From an uncultured Eubacteriales bacterium (lineage in GTDB: Bacteria > Bacillota > Clostridia > Oscillospirales > Oscillospiraceae), in assembly GCA_900545405.1 (NCBI GenBank), contig UQYT01000001.1, forward strand, positions 49,219 to 113,218: a DNA stretch of 64,000 nucleotides. Reading direction: 5' to 3'. Both the position numbers and the translations under genes were made by a program. This document shows, piece after piece, positions 9,469-18,396 of this stretch. Below the pieces are notes generated by a model. That model was not told the DNA's origin. It was given only the letters and a program-made list of their open reading frames with translations, and searched no databases. The first letter of the stretch is position 1. Each line of letters opens with the position of its first letter.

Positions 9469-11021
9469 CTGTGGATATCAAAATCGCCGCAGGCCAGCGC
9501 CTCATGGCTGGTCTGCCCGGCGCCGAACTCGACCCCGGCTTTGTCTCACTCGTGCGCGAGTGCAAGGTCGGCAATGTCATACTCTTCCGCCGCAACGTGA
9601 AGAGCGCGGCGCAGCTTGAGCGGCTGTGCACCTCGCTCAGGCGGCTCATAGTGGCGGAAACGGGCTTTGAGCCCTTCATCGCCATCGACCAGGAGGGGGG
9701 CGTCGTCTCGCGCTTCTCGCCGGACATGGCCATAACTCCGGGGGCCATGGCTCTCGCCGCCGCCGGCGGGGACGCGCCTTACAGGGCGGCCCGGATAACC
9801 GCCCAGCAGCTGCGTGCCGCAGGCGTGAACTTTGACCTCGCCCCCGTGCTGGACGTGAACTCCAACCCGCTCAACCCCGTCATCGGCGTGCGCAGCTTCG
9901 GCGACGTGCCGGAGGAGGCGGCAGAGCGCGCGCTCGGCTTCATGCGCGGCCTGCTCGACGGCGGGATAATGGCCTGCGGCAAGCATTTCCCGGGCCACGG
10001 CGACACGGACACGGACTCCCACATCGGCCTGCCCAAGGTCGACAAGAGCCGCGAGGAGCTGGAAAAGTGCGAGCTCCTGCCTTTCCGCCGCGCGATTGAG
10101 GCGGGAATACCCGCCATAATGACCAGCCACGTTCTCTTCCCGGCGATCGAGCCGGAGAAACTGCCCGCGACGATGTCCCGCCGCATACTCACCGGTCTGC
10201 TGCGCGAGGAGATGGGCTTTGGCGGCGTAATAATCAGCGACTGCATGGAGATGGACGCCGTGGCGAAGTATTACGGCACCGTCCACGCGGCGACCACGGC
10301 CCTGGACGCCGGAGCCGACATCGTCTGCATCTCCCACACCGCGGCCCTCGCGCGCGAGACCGCAGAGAAGCTCTGGCAGAGCTATGCCTCGGCCGAGGGC
10401 GAGTACGCCGCCGAGCTCGAGAGGGCAGGGGAGCGGATCGCCGCCGCCAAGCGCCGTTTTACCGGCCTGCCAAGGGAGGAGACGCACATATTCAAGCTCC
10501 GCGAGTCCGCGCGCGAGCTGCTGGAGCGGAGCTTCGTACTCCTCAACGGTCCCATACCCACGCTGGGCGAACGCCCGTTTTTCACCGGCTGCGCCGGGAT
10601 ACGCGCAAACCTCGCCTCCAGCGAGATAACCGGCACGCCGTCCTTTGCCACAATCATGGCCAGGCGCTTCGGAGGCAGCTTCGACGTCTGCTCCAACGAC
10701 CCCGACTCTGAGGAGATCGCCTCCATAGTACGCAAGGCCCGCAACGCGAGCTGCATAGTGCTCAACACCAGCAGCGCCCTGCGCAGCAGCGGCCAGCTGA
10801 TACTGATGCTGGCCCTCGGCAAGCTCAAAAAGCCCATGGTGGTCATCGCCATGCGCGAGCCCTATGAGCTGCGCTACCTGCCAAAGCACGCCGCGGGCAT
10901 CGCCGCCTGGGAGTACAGCACCCGCTGCACCGCCGCCATCGCCCACTGCCTGACCGGCCAGCTCCGCTGCACGGGCCGCATGCCGCTGGGATATTTCCCA
11001 CTCGAAAGAATAAATCCATAA
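9465..11021 (+). CDS. nagZ: Beta-N-acetylhexosaminidase, glycoside hydrolase family 3 (NagZ-like).
   Basis: GH3 motifs [14 protein letters not shown], the catalytic Asp region IISDCMEM, and an additional C-terminal domain. Start overlaps the murQ stop. Confidence 0.85.
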   Translation: MTVDIKIAAGQRLMAGLPGAELDPGFVSLVRECKVGNVILFRRNVKSAAQLERLCTSLRRLIVAETGFEPFIAIDQEGGVVSRFSPDMAITPGAMALAAAGGDAPYRAARITAQQLRAAGVNFDLAPVLDVNSNPLNPVIGVRSFGDVPEEAAERALGFMRGLLDGGIMACGKHFPGHGDTDTDSHIGLPKVDKSREELEKCELLPFRRAIEAGIPAIMTSHVLFPAIEPEKLPATMSRRILTGLLREEMGFGGVIISDCMEMDAVAKYYGTVHAATTALDAGADIVCISHTAALARETAEKLWQSYASAEGEYAAELERAGERIAAAKRRFTGLPREETHIFKLRESARELLERSFVLLNGPIPTLGERPFFTGCAGIRANLASSEITGTPSFATIMARRFGGSFDVCSNDPDSEEIASIVRKARNASCIVLNTSSALRSSGQLILMLALGKLKKPMVVIAMREPYELRYLPKHAAGIAAWEYSTRCTAAIAHCLTGQLRCTGRMPLGYFPLERINP

Positions 11022-11047
11022 AAATAGTTAAAATGAACTTTTATTTC

Positions 11048-11076
11048 TTTACATCAGCGCAGCAACATGGTATAAT
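11048..11076 (+). promoter_or_regulatory. Sigma-A-like promoter candidate: -35 TTTACA, 17-nt spacer, -10 TATAAT. Upstream of the ABC transporter operon.
   Basis: Consensus-like hexamers read in the intergenic region. Confidence 0.4.
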
Positions 11077-11144
11077 GTGCCCAATAGGGCAGTCCGGGAA
11101 AAATTCCCGGGCTGTGAGTGATAAAAATCAATAAGGAGGACGTC

Positions 11145-12449
11145 ATGAAGAAACTACTTGCACTGATTCTCGTCGCTGCCCTCTGTGTGGCTCTGCTTGC
11201 CGGCTGCGGCACGGCTGAGACCACCACCAGCGAGCCCCCTGCTGAGGACTCTTCCGCTCCCAGCGAGGACGCCGGCGGCAATACCGCTGCCACGGAGCTG
11301 AAGCTCTGGCTGCCTGTCTACCAGTTCGGCGACGGCATCTCCGACGAGGACTTCTGGAATGAGAAGCTCGACGCCTTTGAGGCTGAGAACAACTGCACCG
11401 TCACCGTTGAGATCCAGGGCTGGACCGACTACGCCACCAACATCTACACCGGCCTGCTCTCCGCTGAGGGCCCGGACGTTGTCTACGTCACCGAGACCTA
11501 CGACATCATCAGCTCCGACCTCATCATCCCCCTCGATCCCTACCTGACCCAGGAGGACTATGACCTCTATCTGTACCTCGAGCAGGGCGCCTACAACTCC
11601 AACGGCGAGCTGTGCACCTTCCCGATGATGCCGGGCAACCCCTGCGTCATGTACTTCAACATGGATATGCTTGAGGCCGCCGGCATCACCGAGCTGCCCA
11701 AGACCTGGGATGAGTTCTACGATGTCTGCCTGGCCCTCAAGGAGGCCAACCCCGACGTCATGCCCTTCACCTCTTCCTGGGGCGCTTCCAACGGCGTTTC
11801 CGCGCTGCTGACCAGCTTCTGGCCCTTCTTCTTCCAGGCCGGCGGCACCGTTCTGACCGAGACCGGCGAGCTGAACATGGACAGCGAGGCAACCCTCGAG
11901 GCCCTCAACTTCATCAAGAAGCTCCGTGACGCCGACATCCTCGACGAGAGCGCCGTCTCCATGGACGACCCGGGCGGAAAGTTCGTCAACGGCGAGGCCG
12001 CCATCGTCATCGTCGGCACCGGCACCAGCGGCAGCTTCACTGAGGCCGGCATCAACTGGGATTGCATCTTCGCCCTCGAGGGCCCTGCCGGCGCTGCCAC
12101 CAACTTCTCCGTCGACTCCCTCGCCATCAGCAAGTACTGCGAGAACCCTGAGCTCGCCGCGAAGCTTATAAAGTACATCACCAGCGCTGAGTGCATGGAC
12201 GACTTCCACACCGAGATCTACGGCATGCCGTCCCTGACCACCGACGCCACCTACACTGAGCCCGAGCCGTTCCAGAGCATGTACACCGACTACGCCGATG
12301 CCATGCACGCTGTTCCCTCCTTCGAGGGCAGCGCCTCCTTCATGGACACCTTCCAGCAGAACGTCCAGGGCATGCTCATGGGCACTCTGACCCCCGAGCA
12401 GGTCATCTCCGAGACCATGACCTATTACAACGAGCAGATAAAGCAGTAA
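11145..12449 (+). CDS. ABC transporter substrate-binding lipoprotein (solute-binding protein family 1, carbohydrate type).
   Basis: Lipoprotein signal peptide MKKLLALILVAALCVALLAGC. SBP_bac_1-like length and composition. Start set at MKKLL, which has an AAGGAGG RBS; the track's start lies 27 nt upstream. Confidence 0.85.
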   Translation: MKKLLALILVAALCVALLAGCGTAETTTSEPPAEDSSAPSEDAGGNTAATELKLWLPVYQFGDGISDEDFWNEKLDAFEAENNCTVTVEIQGWTDYATNIYTGLLSAEGPDVVYVTETYDIISSDLIIPLDPYLTQEDYDLYLYLEQGAYNSNGELCTFPMMPGNPCVMYFNMDMLEAAGITELPKTWDEFYDVCLALKEANPDVMPFTSSWGASNGVSALLTSFWPFFFQAGGTVLTETGELNMDSEATLEALNFIKKLRDADILDESAVSMDDPGGKFVNGEAAIVIVGTGTSGSFTEAGINWDCIFALEGPAGAATNFSVDSLAISKYCENPELAAKLIKYITSAECMDDFHTEIYGMPSLTTDATYTEPEPFQSMYTDYADAMHAVPSFEGSASFMDTFQQNVQGMLMGTLTPEQVISETMTYYNEQIKQ

Positions 12450-12461
12450 ACCTTTGAACCT

Positions 12462-12511
12462 GAGAAACCGGGCATGGCCGGAGAACGACGATGCCCGGTT
12501 TCTCCTATTTT
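12462..12511 (+). terminator. Intra-operon hairpin (partial terminator or attenuator) between the substrate-binding-protein and permease genes.
   Basis: 14-nt perfect inverted repeat GAGAAACCGGGCAT ... ATGCCCGGTTTCTC, followed by CTATTTT. Confidence 0.4.
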
Positions 12512-12532
12512 GAGCAAGGCGTGGTGAAAGGT

Positions 12533-13429
12533 ATGAACAACGCGAGGCGGCGCTCACCTCTGATGCGGCGGCAGGCGGCCTACGGCATTGCGTACATAAC
12601 TCCGGGTATGCTGATAGTCATGGCCTTCTGCATAGTGCCGATCTTTATGACGCTATATTACAGTTTCACAAAGTACAACCTGGCGCAGCCGCCTGAATTT
12701 CTGGCTTTTGAGAACTATCAGAAGCTCTTTACCAACTCTCAGCTGCGCAAGGCTCTGTGGAACACGGTCATCTATGTCATAATAACCGTTCCTCTGCAAA
12801 CGCTGCTGGCCATGTTTGTGGCGAACTTCCTGGCCGAGTATCTCAATAACCGCTACGGCCGCTTCCTGCGCAGCATCATCTTCATTCCGACGCTGGTCAG
12901 CTATGTCGCAGCAGCCACCGTCTGGGAGATAATCTACGCCGACAAGGGCGGCCTGCTCAACGAGTTCCTGGGCCTGTTCGGCATACAGGGCATGAACTGG
13001 CTGGGAGACCCCAGCACGGCGCTGATATGCGTCTCGCTGGTCGCCGTGTGGAAGAGCGTCGGCTACTTCACCATCATCTTCTACGCGGGCATAATGAACA
13101 TATCCGTCGACGTCCGCGAGGCGTCGATCATCGACGGCGCAACGCCCAGGCAGAGGTTCTGGCGCATAACCGCGCCGCTGCTCAAGCCCATCACGTACAT
13201 GAACGTTACGCTGGGCATCATCTGGTCCTTCCAGGCCTTTGACATCGTATACAAGCTGACCGGCGGCGGGCCGTTCAACGCCACGTCGACGATCGCATAC
13301 ATCATATACGCCTACGGCTTCCAGGACTACCGCATCGGCTACGCCTGCGCGATAGCCATCATGCTGCTGATAGTGATACTCATAATCCACCTCATCCAGC
13401 AGCGCTTCTTCGATGAAAAGGAGGACTGA
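12533..13429 (+). CDS. Carbohydrate ABC transporter permease (MalF/UgpA-like).
   Basis: Six transmembrane segments. EAA-like motif region IDGATPRQRFWRITAPLLKP. Start chosen at the internal Met after the hairpin. Confidence 0.8.
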   Translation: MNNARRRSPLMRRQAAYGIAYITPGMLIVMAFCIVPIFMTLYYSFTKYNLAQPPEFLAFENYQKLFTNSQLRKALWNTVIYVIITVPLQTLLAMFVANFLAEYLNNRYGRFLRSIIFIPTLVSYVAAATVWEIIYADKGGLLNEFLGLFGIQGMNWLGDPSTALICVSLVAVWKSVGYFTIIFYAGIMNISVDVREASIIDGATPRQRFWRITAPLLKPITYMNVTLGIIWSFQAFDIVYKLTGGGPFNATSTIAYIIYAYGFQDYRIGYACAIAIMLLIVILIIHLIQQRFFDEKED

Positions 13430-13432
13430 GTC

Positions 13433-14257
13433 ATGGTAAAGTCGGATAGAAAGCGCGCCAGCTTTTACATAGGCGTAGTGCTGGTCACGCTCTTCGCTAT
13501 GCTGTGCGTGATACCGCTCATCTACATGATCTGCGTCTCCTTTGCGCACACCTCGACGATGTATATCAAGTTTGACGACATCGACTTCACGGACTTCTCC
13601 AACTACATCTACCTGTTCGTGAACAAGGACTTCGGCCGCCCGCTGCTCAACAGCCTCATAGTCGTCGTCGCGAGCGTCATCGTGGTCGACCTCGTCTCCT
13701 GCACCATGGCCTACGGCTTTGAGAAAAAGCCCATCCCCGGCAAAAAGCCCATGTTCAACATGGTCCTGGCCACCATGATGATACCGACCCAGGTCGTGTT
13801 CATCTCGCTGTACGTCATGATGCGCAAGGCGAACATGCTCAACACCTATGTCGCGCTGGTCATCCCGCTGGTAGGCGCCTTCGGCGTTTTCATGATGCGC
13901 CAGTTCATCAGAAGCGTGCCCAATGACTTCATCGAGGCCGCCCAGATAGACGGCTGCTCGGAGCTGCGCATATATCTGCGCGTTGTGCTGCCGATGGTCC
14001 GGCCCGCGAGGATCACCCTCGCAGTGTTCACCTTCAACTCGGCCTGGAACATGTTCCTCTGGCCCCTCATCGCCACCACCAAGAACGAGATGCAGACCCT
14101 GACCCTGGCAACATCCTCGCTGACTAGCCACCTCGCCACGAACTACGGCTATCCCATGGCCGCGGCGACGATATCGTTCCTCGTGCCCTTCGTACTCTAC
14201 TGCTTCATGCAGAAGCAGTTCGTTGAGGGCATCGCCCTCGGAGGTGTCAAGGGCTGA
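13433..14257 (+). CDS. Carbohydrate ABC transporter permease (MalG/UgpE-like).
   Basis: EAA motif EAAQIDGCSELRIYLRVVLPMVRPA. Six transmembrane segments. Confidence 0.85.
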   Translation: MVKSDRKRASFYIGVVLVTLFAMLCVIPLIYMICVSFAHTSTMYIKFDDIDFTDFSNYIYLFVNKDFGRPLLNSLIVVVASVIVVDLVSCTMAYGFEKKPIPGKKPMFNMVLATMMIPTQVVFISLYVMMRKANMLNTYVALVIPLVGAFGVFMMRQFIRSVPNDFIEAAQIDGCSELRIYLRVVLPMVRPARITLAVFTFNSAWNMFLWPLIATTKNEMQTLTLATSSLTSHLATNYGYPMAAATISFLVPFVLYCFMQKQFVEGIALGGVKG

Positions 14258-15084
14258 TGCAAGGGCCGGACGTAAGCAGAATACTTTCGCGCTGGCCTTA
14301 TCCAGAAGCGGCGGTCGCGGCCTATTCCTCGGCCATGACCGCCGCTTTTAATGACCCTGAGGCCCGCAGCGCGATCGAGTCCGCGATGTCGGACTATGCG
14401 GCCGGACGCAGACTGGACGCCTGGGCGCTGCTCGCGCACCTGGAGTCGCTCGGCCCGGAGTGCGGCGTGCACGGTTATACAATGCGTATGCTCCCGCTCA
14501 TTGCGGCGCTGGACGCGGCGGAGGTGAAGTACCGCGAGCGCGGGCTTTCCGGGGAAATGTTCCGCGACTCCTTTGCGGACCTGCTCTGGAAAACGCTCGA
14601 GTGCGGCCGCCGCCACGGCGTATGGGGCTCGACCGCCGCGCTCTGGACCTGGGGATTTTTTGAGTTTCGCATCTTCGGCCTCGGCAGACTGCAATTTGAG
14701 CCCGTCGAGTACGCCGGGGCACCCGCGCTGAGCGTGCACATTCCCTCGTCCGGACCGCTCAGGCACCCTGACTGCGCGGACTCTTACTCGCGCGCGGCGG
14801 ACTTTTTTGGCCAACGCCGCTTCGTCTGCGACTCCTGGCTGCTGCACCCGGTCTGTCACGGCCTGCCCGAGGGCTCCGGCATCAGGAGCTTTGCGGCGGA
14901 CTATGAGCTGCAATTTGTGACGGACGACCCAAAATTCCTGGACGTCTGGAATATCTTCGGCTGCGCCTGGACGGGCAGCGCCGCGGACCTGCCCGCGGAC
15001 ACGACCTTGCGGCGGCTCTGGCGCGATTATCTGCTCCGGGGCGGCGTCCCCGGCCGCGGGTACGGACTGTATGAAAGTTTCTGA
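14257..15084 (+). CDS. Uncharacterised cytoplasmic protein co-transcribed with the ABC importer. Function unknown.
   Basis: 275 aa. Its start overlaps the permease stop (TGATG). No transmembrane segments. I recognise no domain. Confidence 0.5.
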   Translation: MQGPDVSRILSRWPYPEAAVAAYSSAMTAAFNDPEARSAIESAMSDYAAGRRLDAWALLAHLESLGPECGVHGYTMRMLPLIAALDAAEVKYRERGLSGEMFRDSFADLLWKTLECGRRHGVWGSTAALWTWGFFEFRIFGLGRLQFEPVEYAGAPALSVHIPSSGPLRHPDCADSYSRAADFFGQRRFVCDSWLLHPVCHGLPEGSGIRSFAADYELQFVTDDPKFLDVWNIFGCAWTGSAADLPADTTLRRLWRDYLLRGGVPGRGYGLYESF

Positions 15085-15152
15085 GAAAGAAAGTTTCAAC
15101 GGCCCGATAATTGTGCTATAATGGGTTTTAACAAGGCTTCGGGAGGAAAGAT

Positions 15153-16013
15153 ATGACGGACATCGAGATAAAAACACGGAGCATATACGACGAACTTAGC
15201 CCCGCGGAGCAGAAGGTTGCCTGGTATTTTCTCCAGAACCTCGGTTCCGTATTTGACGATCCCATAGCCGTTCTCGCGGAAAAAAGCGGCGTAAGCCAGG
15301 TAATGTGGGTGCGTTTTTGCAAGTCTTTGGGCTTTTCCGGGCTGAAGGACATGAAAAAGAACCTGTTTTTTCAGCTCAGCCAGCAGCGTGCCGAGGCTTC
15401 CGCGCCGAGCATGGACTTCCTGGACACTCGCACTTATTCAAGCGTCGAGGGCATCATAAGCGGCGTCGAGGCCGGCTCGCTGGAGGCCATACGCAGCACG
15501 GCGCAGATACAGGACACCGCAAAAATAGAGACCGTCGCGGCCAAAATAGCTCAGGCCGACTGCGTGCGCCTCTTCGGCGTCGGCGCCTCCGGGCTCGTGG
15601 CCAGCGACCTCTATTACAAGCTGCTGCGCGTGGACGTGGACGCAGTTTTCTGCACGGACCTGCACGTTCAGCTCACCTATATAACTGGCTCGAAGCCCGG
15701 CGACGTGGCCATTTTCTTCTCGAATTCGGGCAGCACCACCGAGATACTCGAGCTGGCGCAGGCGGCGCGCGACCGCGGAGCCTGCGTCGTCGCGGTTACC
15801 AAGTACGGGCCGAACCAGCTGGCCGATCTGGCGGACTATGTGCTGCCCACCTCGTCGCCGGAGCTGCAGTTCCGCAGCGGCGCCACAAGCAGCCGGCTGG
15901 CCGCGCTCTTTGTGGTGGACGTGCTCTTCACCACGCTCTGCAACAAGAACTACTCCACCGTGGCCAAGCCGCTGGCGGAGAGCTATTCCCAGTGCAGCAA
16001 GCACCACGCCTGA
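15153..16013 (+). CDS. murR: MurR/RpiR-family transcriptional regulator (HTH_6 + SIS domain).
   Basis: N-terminal HTH LSPAEQKVAWYFLQN...LAEKSGVSQVMWVRFCKSLGFSG. C-terminal SIS domain VRLFGVGASGLVA. TATAAT box upstream. Confidence 0.8.
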   Translation: MTDIEIKTRSIYDELSPAEQKVAWYFLQNLGSVFDDPIAVLAEKSGVSQVMWVRFCKSLGFSGLKDMKKNLFFQLSQQRAEASAPSMDFLDTRTYSSVEGIISGVEAGSLEAIRSTAQIQDTAKIETVAAKIAQADCVRLFGVGASGLVASDLYYKLLRVDVDAVFCTDLHVQLTYITGSKPGDVAIFFSNSGSTTEILELAQAARDRGACVVAVTKYGPNQLADLADYVLPTSSPELQFRSGATSSRLAALFVVDVLFTTLCNKNYSTVAKPLAESYSQCSKHHA

Positions 16014-16032
16014 CAAGAGAGGGGAGAGGCGC

Positions 16033-17121
16033 ATGAAGATCACAGGCTTTCGCATCGGCCTTGTCTCGGCCAGGCTCCGTGTGCCGTTCAAGACGGCGCT
16101 CAGGACCGTGGACAGCGTTGAGGACGTGATAGTCGAGCTCGAGACCTCGACCGGCCAAATCGGAAGGGGGGAGGCTCCGCCGACGGCAGCCATAACAGGG
16201 GAGACTCTCGGCTCCATCATCGCCGCGCTGCGTGATCATATCTGCCCCAAGCTCGTAGGGCGCGACATTTCGGACTTTGAGGAGCTGCAAATCGCCGTTC
16301 AGACGGCCATCGTAGGCAACAGCAGCGCAAAAGCCGCGGCGGATATCGCGCTCTGGGACCTCTATGCCCAGGACTGCGGCCTGCCGTTATATAAGCTGCT
16401 GGGCGGCGGCACGCCGAGGCTTGAGACGGACCTCACTATAAGCGTAAATAGTCCCGATATCATGGCAAAAGACACCGAATACGGCATAAATAACGGATAC
16501 AATGTTCTGAAAACCAAAATGGGCATAGACCCGGAACTGGATTTTGCGCGCCTGAGAGCCGTGCGCGGTGCGGCGAAGGACGCCAGGATACGCATCGACG
16601 CCAACCAGGCCTGGACGCCCAAACAGGCCGTGCGTCTGCTCAATCAAATGCAGGACGCCGGACTCGACATTGAGCTCGTCGAGCAGCCTGTCAAAGCCAA
16701 TGACTTGGAAGACCTGAAGTTTGTTACCGCTAACTCGCCGGTACCCGTACTCGCGGACGAGAGCGTGTTCTCGCCTAGGGACGCGCTGCGTATAATGCAG
16801 GAGCGCGCGGCGGACATGGTGAACATCAAGCTGATGAAGTGCGGCGGCATTACGAACGCTCTGAGGATAGCCTCGGCGGCTGAGGTCTACGGCGTCGAGT
16901 GCATGATGGGCTGCATGCTGGAGGCCAAAGTCAGCGTCACGGCGGCGGCGCATCTGGCTTGCGCGAGAAAGATAATAACGCGCATAGACCTGGACGGTCC
17001 GGCGCTGTGTACCGAGGACCCGGTAACGGGCGGCGCACTGTTCAACGGCCCGGAGATAACTCTGCCGGACGCTCCCGGACTTGGCATAAGCGGAATTGAG
17101 AATCTGCACTATATTGTATAA
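16033..17121 (+). CDS. Dipeptide epimerase of the enolase superfamily (L-Ala-D/L-Glu epimerase, YkfB/YcjG-like).
   Basis: Begins MKITGFRIGLV...; motifs KTKMG and DANQAW; catalytic K-x-K and D-x-D pattern. The track's ORF begins earlier (15838) inside the murR gene in another frame; the true start is the ATG at 16033, which has a GGGGAGAGG RBS. Confidence 0.85.
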   Translation: MKITGFRIGLVSARLRVPFKTALRTVDSVEDVIVELETSTGQIGRGEAPPTAAITGETLGSIIAALRDHICPKLVGRDISDFEELQIAVQTAIVGNSSAKAAADIALWDLYAQDCGLPLYKLLGGGTPRLETDLTISVNSPDIMAKDTEYGINNGYNVLKTKMGIDPELDFARLRAVRGAAKDARIRIDANQAWTPKQAVRLLNQMQDAGLDIELVEQPVKANDLEDLKFVTANSPVPVLADESVFSPRDALRIMQERAADMVNIKLMKCGGITNALRIASAAEVYGVECMMGCMLEAKVSVTAAAHLACARKIITRIDLDGPALCTEDPVTGGALFNGPEITLPDAPGLGISGIENLHYIV

Positions 17122-17127
17122 TGAGAG

Positions 17128-17165
17128 GGCCCCGAAAACTGAAAACACTCTCCGGGGCCGATTTC
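17128..17165 (+). terminator. Weak terminator candidate after the epimerase gene. Stem GGCCCCG ... CGGGGCC with an 18-nt loop.
   Basis: Inverted repeat followed by GATTTCTCC. The T-run is poor. Confidence 0.3.
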
Positions 17166-17177
17166 TCCTCCTCCAAA

Positions 17178-17203
17178 TTAAACAAAATTTTTATTTTGTT
17201 TAA
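17178..17203. repeat. Perfect AT-rich palindrome TTAAACAAAAT-tttt-ATTTTGTTTAA (11-4-11), 70 nt upstream of the tyrosine recombinase gene.
   Basis: Read directly from the sequence. It has dif/att-like architecture or could be an operator. Confidence 0.4.
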
Positions 17204-17274
17204 TTTTATATCCATTTACCCGTTTACAATTTGCTCCCCTTGCCTTACAATATAGTGGCTGGAGGTGAAACAGC

Positions 17275-18291
17275 TTGGACTACCGCAGCGAGGCGCCGCC
17301 GGTGCTCAGGGACTTTCTGAGCTACCACGAGACCATCAAGGGTCACTCGTGCGCCACGGTCGACGAGTATTTCCTCGACCTGAGAAACTTTTTCCGCTAT
17401 CTGAAAATTGAACGCGGCCTCGTCCCGCACTCCACTGAGCTTGACGATATCTCCATCCAGGACGTGGACCTCAAGCTCATAGCCTCGGTCACACTCAACG
17501 ACGTCTACGACTACATGGCCTTCCTCTCGCGCGACAAGGTCAAAAACGAGCGCAGCCACGAGCCGGAATACGGCCTGATGGCCTCCTCTCGCGCCAGAAA
17601 AATCGCCACGATACGCAGTTTTTATAAATATCTGACGGTCAAGACCAAACAGCTGGACGTAAACCCCGTCGAGGGCCTGGATACGCCGAAAACGACAAAA
17701 TCCCTCCCCCGCTACCTGACGCTCGACGAATCCCGACGCCTGCTGGACGCCGTGGACGGCGTGAACCGCGAGCGCGACTACTGCATCATATGCCTCTTCC
17801 TCAACTGCGGTCTGCGAATATCGGAGATCGTGGGCCTGAACATAGGCGACGTGCGCGGGGACTCCCTCCGCGTGCTCGGCAAGGGCAACAAGGAGCGCAT
17901 CGTGTATCTGAACGACGCCTGCCAGGCCGCTATCGAGGCCTACAAGCCCGTGCGTTCGCAGATGGTCGGCAGCTCGGTCAGCGCCCTTTTCGTCTCGAAC
18001 CGCCGCCAGCGCATGGGCAGAGAGGCTGTGCACGCCATGGTCAAAAAGACCCTGCTCAAGGCCGGGCTGGACCCGGACAAGTATTCATCGCACAAGCTGC
18101 GGCACACGGCGGCGACGCTCATGCTGCAAAACGGCGTGGACGTGCGCACCTTGCAGGAGGTCCTGGGCCACGAGCACCTGAACACGACGCAGATATACAC
18201 GCACGTTGACAACTCCGAGCTCCGCGTTGCCGCCCAGGCCAACCCGCTGGCCGAGTATATTCCGGAGCATAATGATGCCTCAGATAAATAA
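17275..18291 (+). CDS. xerC: Tyrosine site-specific recombinase, XerC/XerD-like (phage integrase family).
   Basis: N-terminal SAM-like core-binding domain. Catalytic RHRY signature: R in LRISEI, HKLRHTAAT, HEHLNTTQIYTHV. TTG start as in the track. Confidence 0.85.
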   Translation: MDYRSEAPPVLRDFLSYHETIKGHSCATVDEYFLDLRNFFRYLKIERGLVPHSTELDDISIQDVDLKLIASVTLNDVYDYMAFLSRDKVKNERSHEPEYGLMASSRARKIATIRSFYKYLTVKTKQLDVNPVEGLDTPKTTKSLPRYLTLDESRRLLDAVDGVNRERDYCIICLFLNCGLRISEIVGLNIGDVRGDSLRVLGKGNKERIVYLNDACQAAIEAYKPVRSQMVGSSVSALFVSNRRQRMGREAVHAMVKKTLLKAGLDPDKYSSHKLRHTAATLMLQNGVDVRTLQEVLGHEHLNTTQIYTHVDNSELRVAAQANPLAEYIPEHNDASDK

Positions 18292-18396
18292 TTTGCTCTT
18301 TTGTACAAATATTTCGGGCGAATTTTGAGAACATTTCCGGCTCATTTTCGTCTTTGAGCATTGCGTGACCAATACTAAGACATAGGAGAGAAAAAG

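Noticed and set aside
9546-10946. 466-aa minus-strand ORF antisense to nagZ.
   Set aside because: Same antisense-of-GC-rich-gene artefact; low-complexity A/G/R composition.
11154-12557. 467-aa minus-strand ORF antisense to the substrate-binding protein gene.
   Set aside because: Low-complexity G/A/D/V-rich product that overlaps a lipoprotein gene with a clear signal peptide and RBS.
12653-14131. 492-aa minus-strand ORF spanning both permease genes in antisense.
   Set aside because: No TM segments or motifs. It is the antisense of two canonical EAA-motif permeases.
15838-16032. N-terminal 65 codons of the track's ORF 15838-17121, giving a 427-aa epimerase.
   Set aside because: This stretch overlaps the murR coding region in another frame and is Pro/Arg/Ser-rich. 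A GGGGAGAGG RBS precedes the ATG at 16033, where enolase-superfamily homology begins.
17275-18291. The tyrosine recombinase as the integrase of a prophage or integrative element.
   Set aside because: No phage structural, replication or excisionase genes are adjacent. The flanking genes are housekeeping, so it is more likely the chromosomal XerC/XerD-type resolvase. The upstream palindrome is reported separately.
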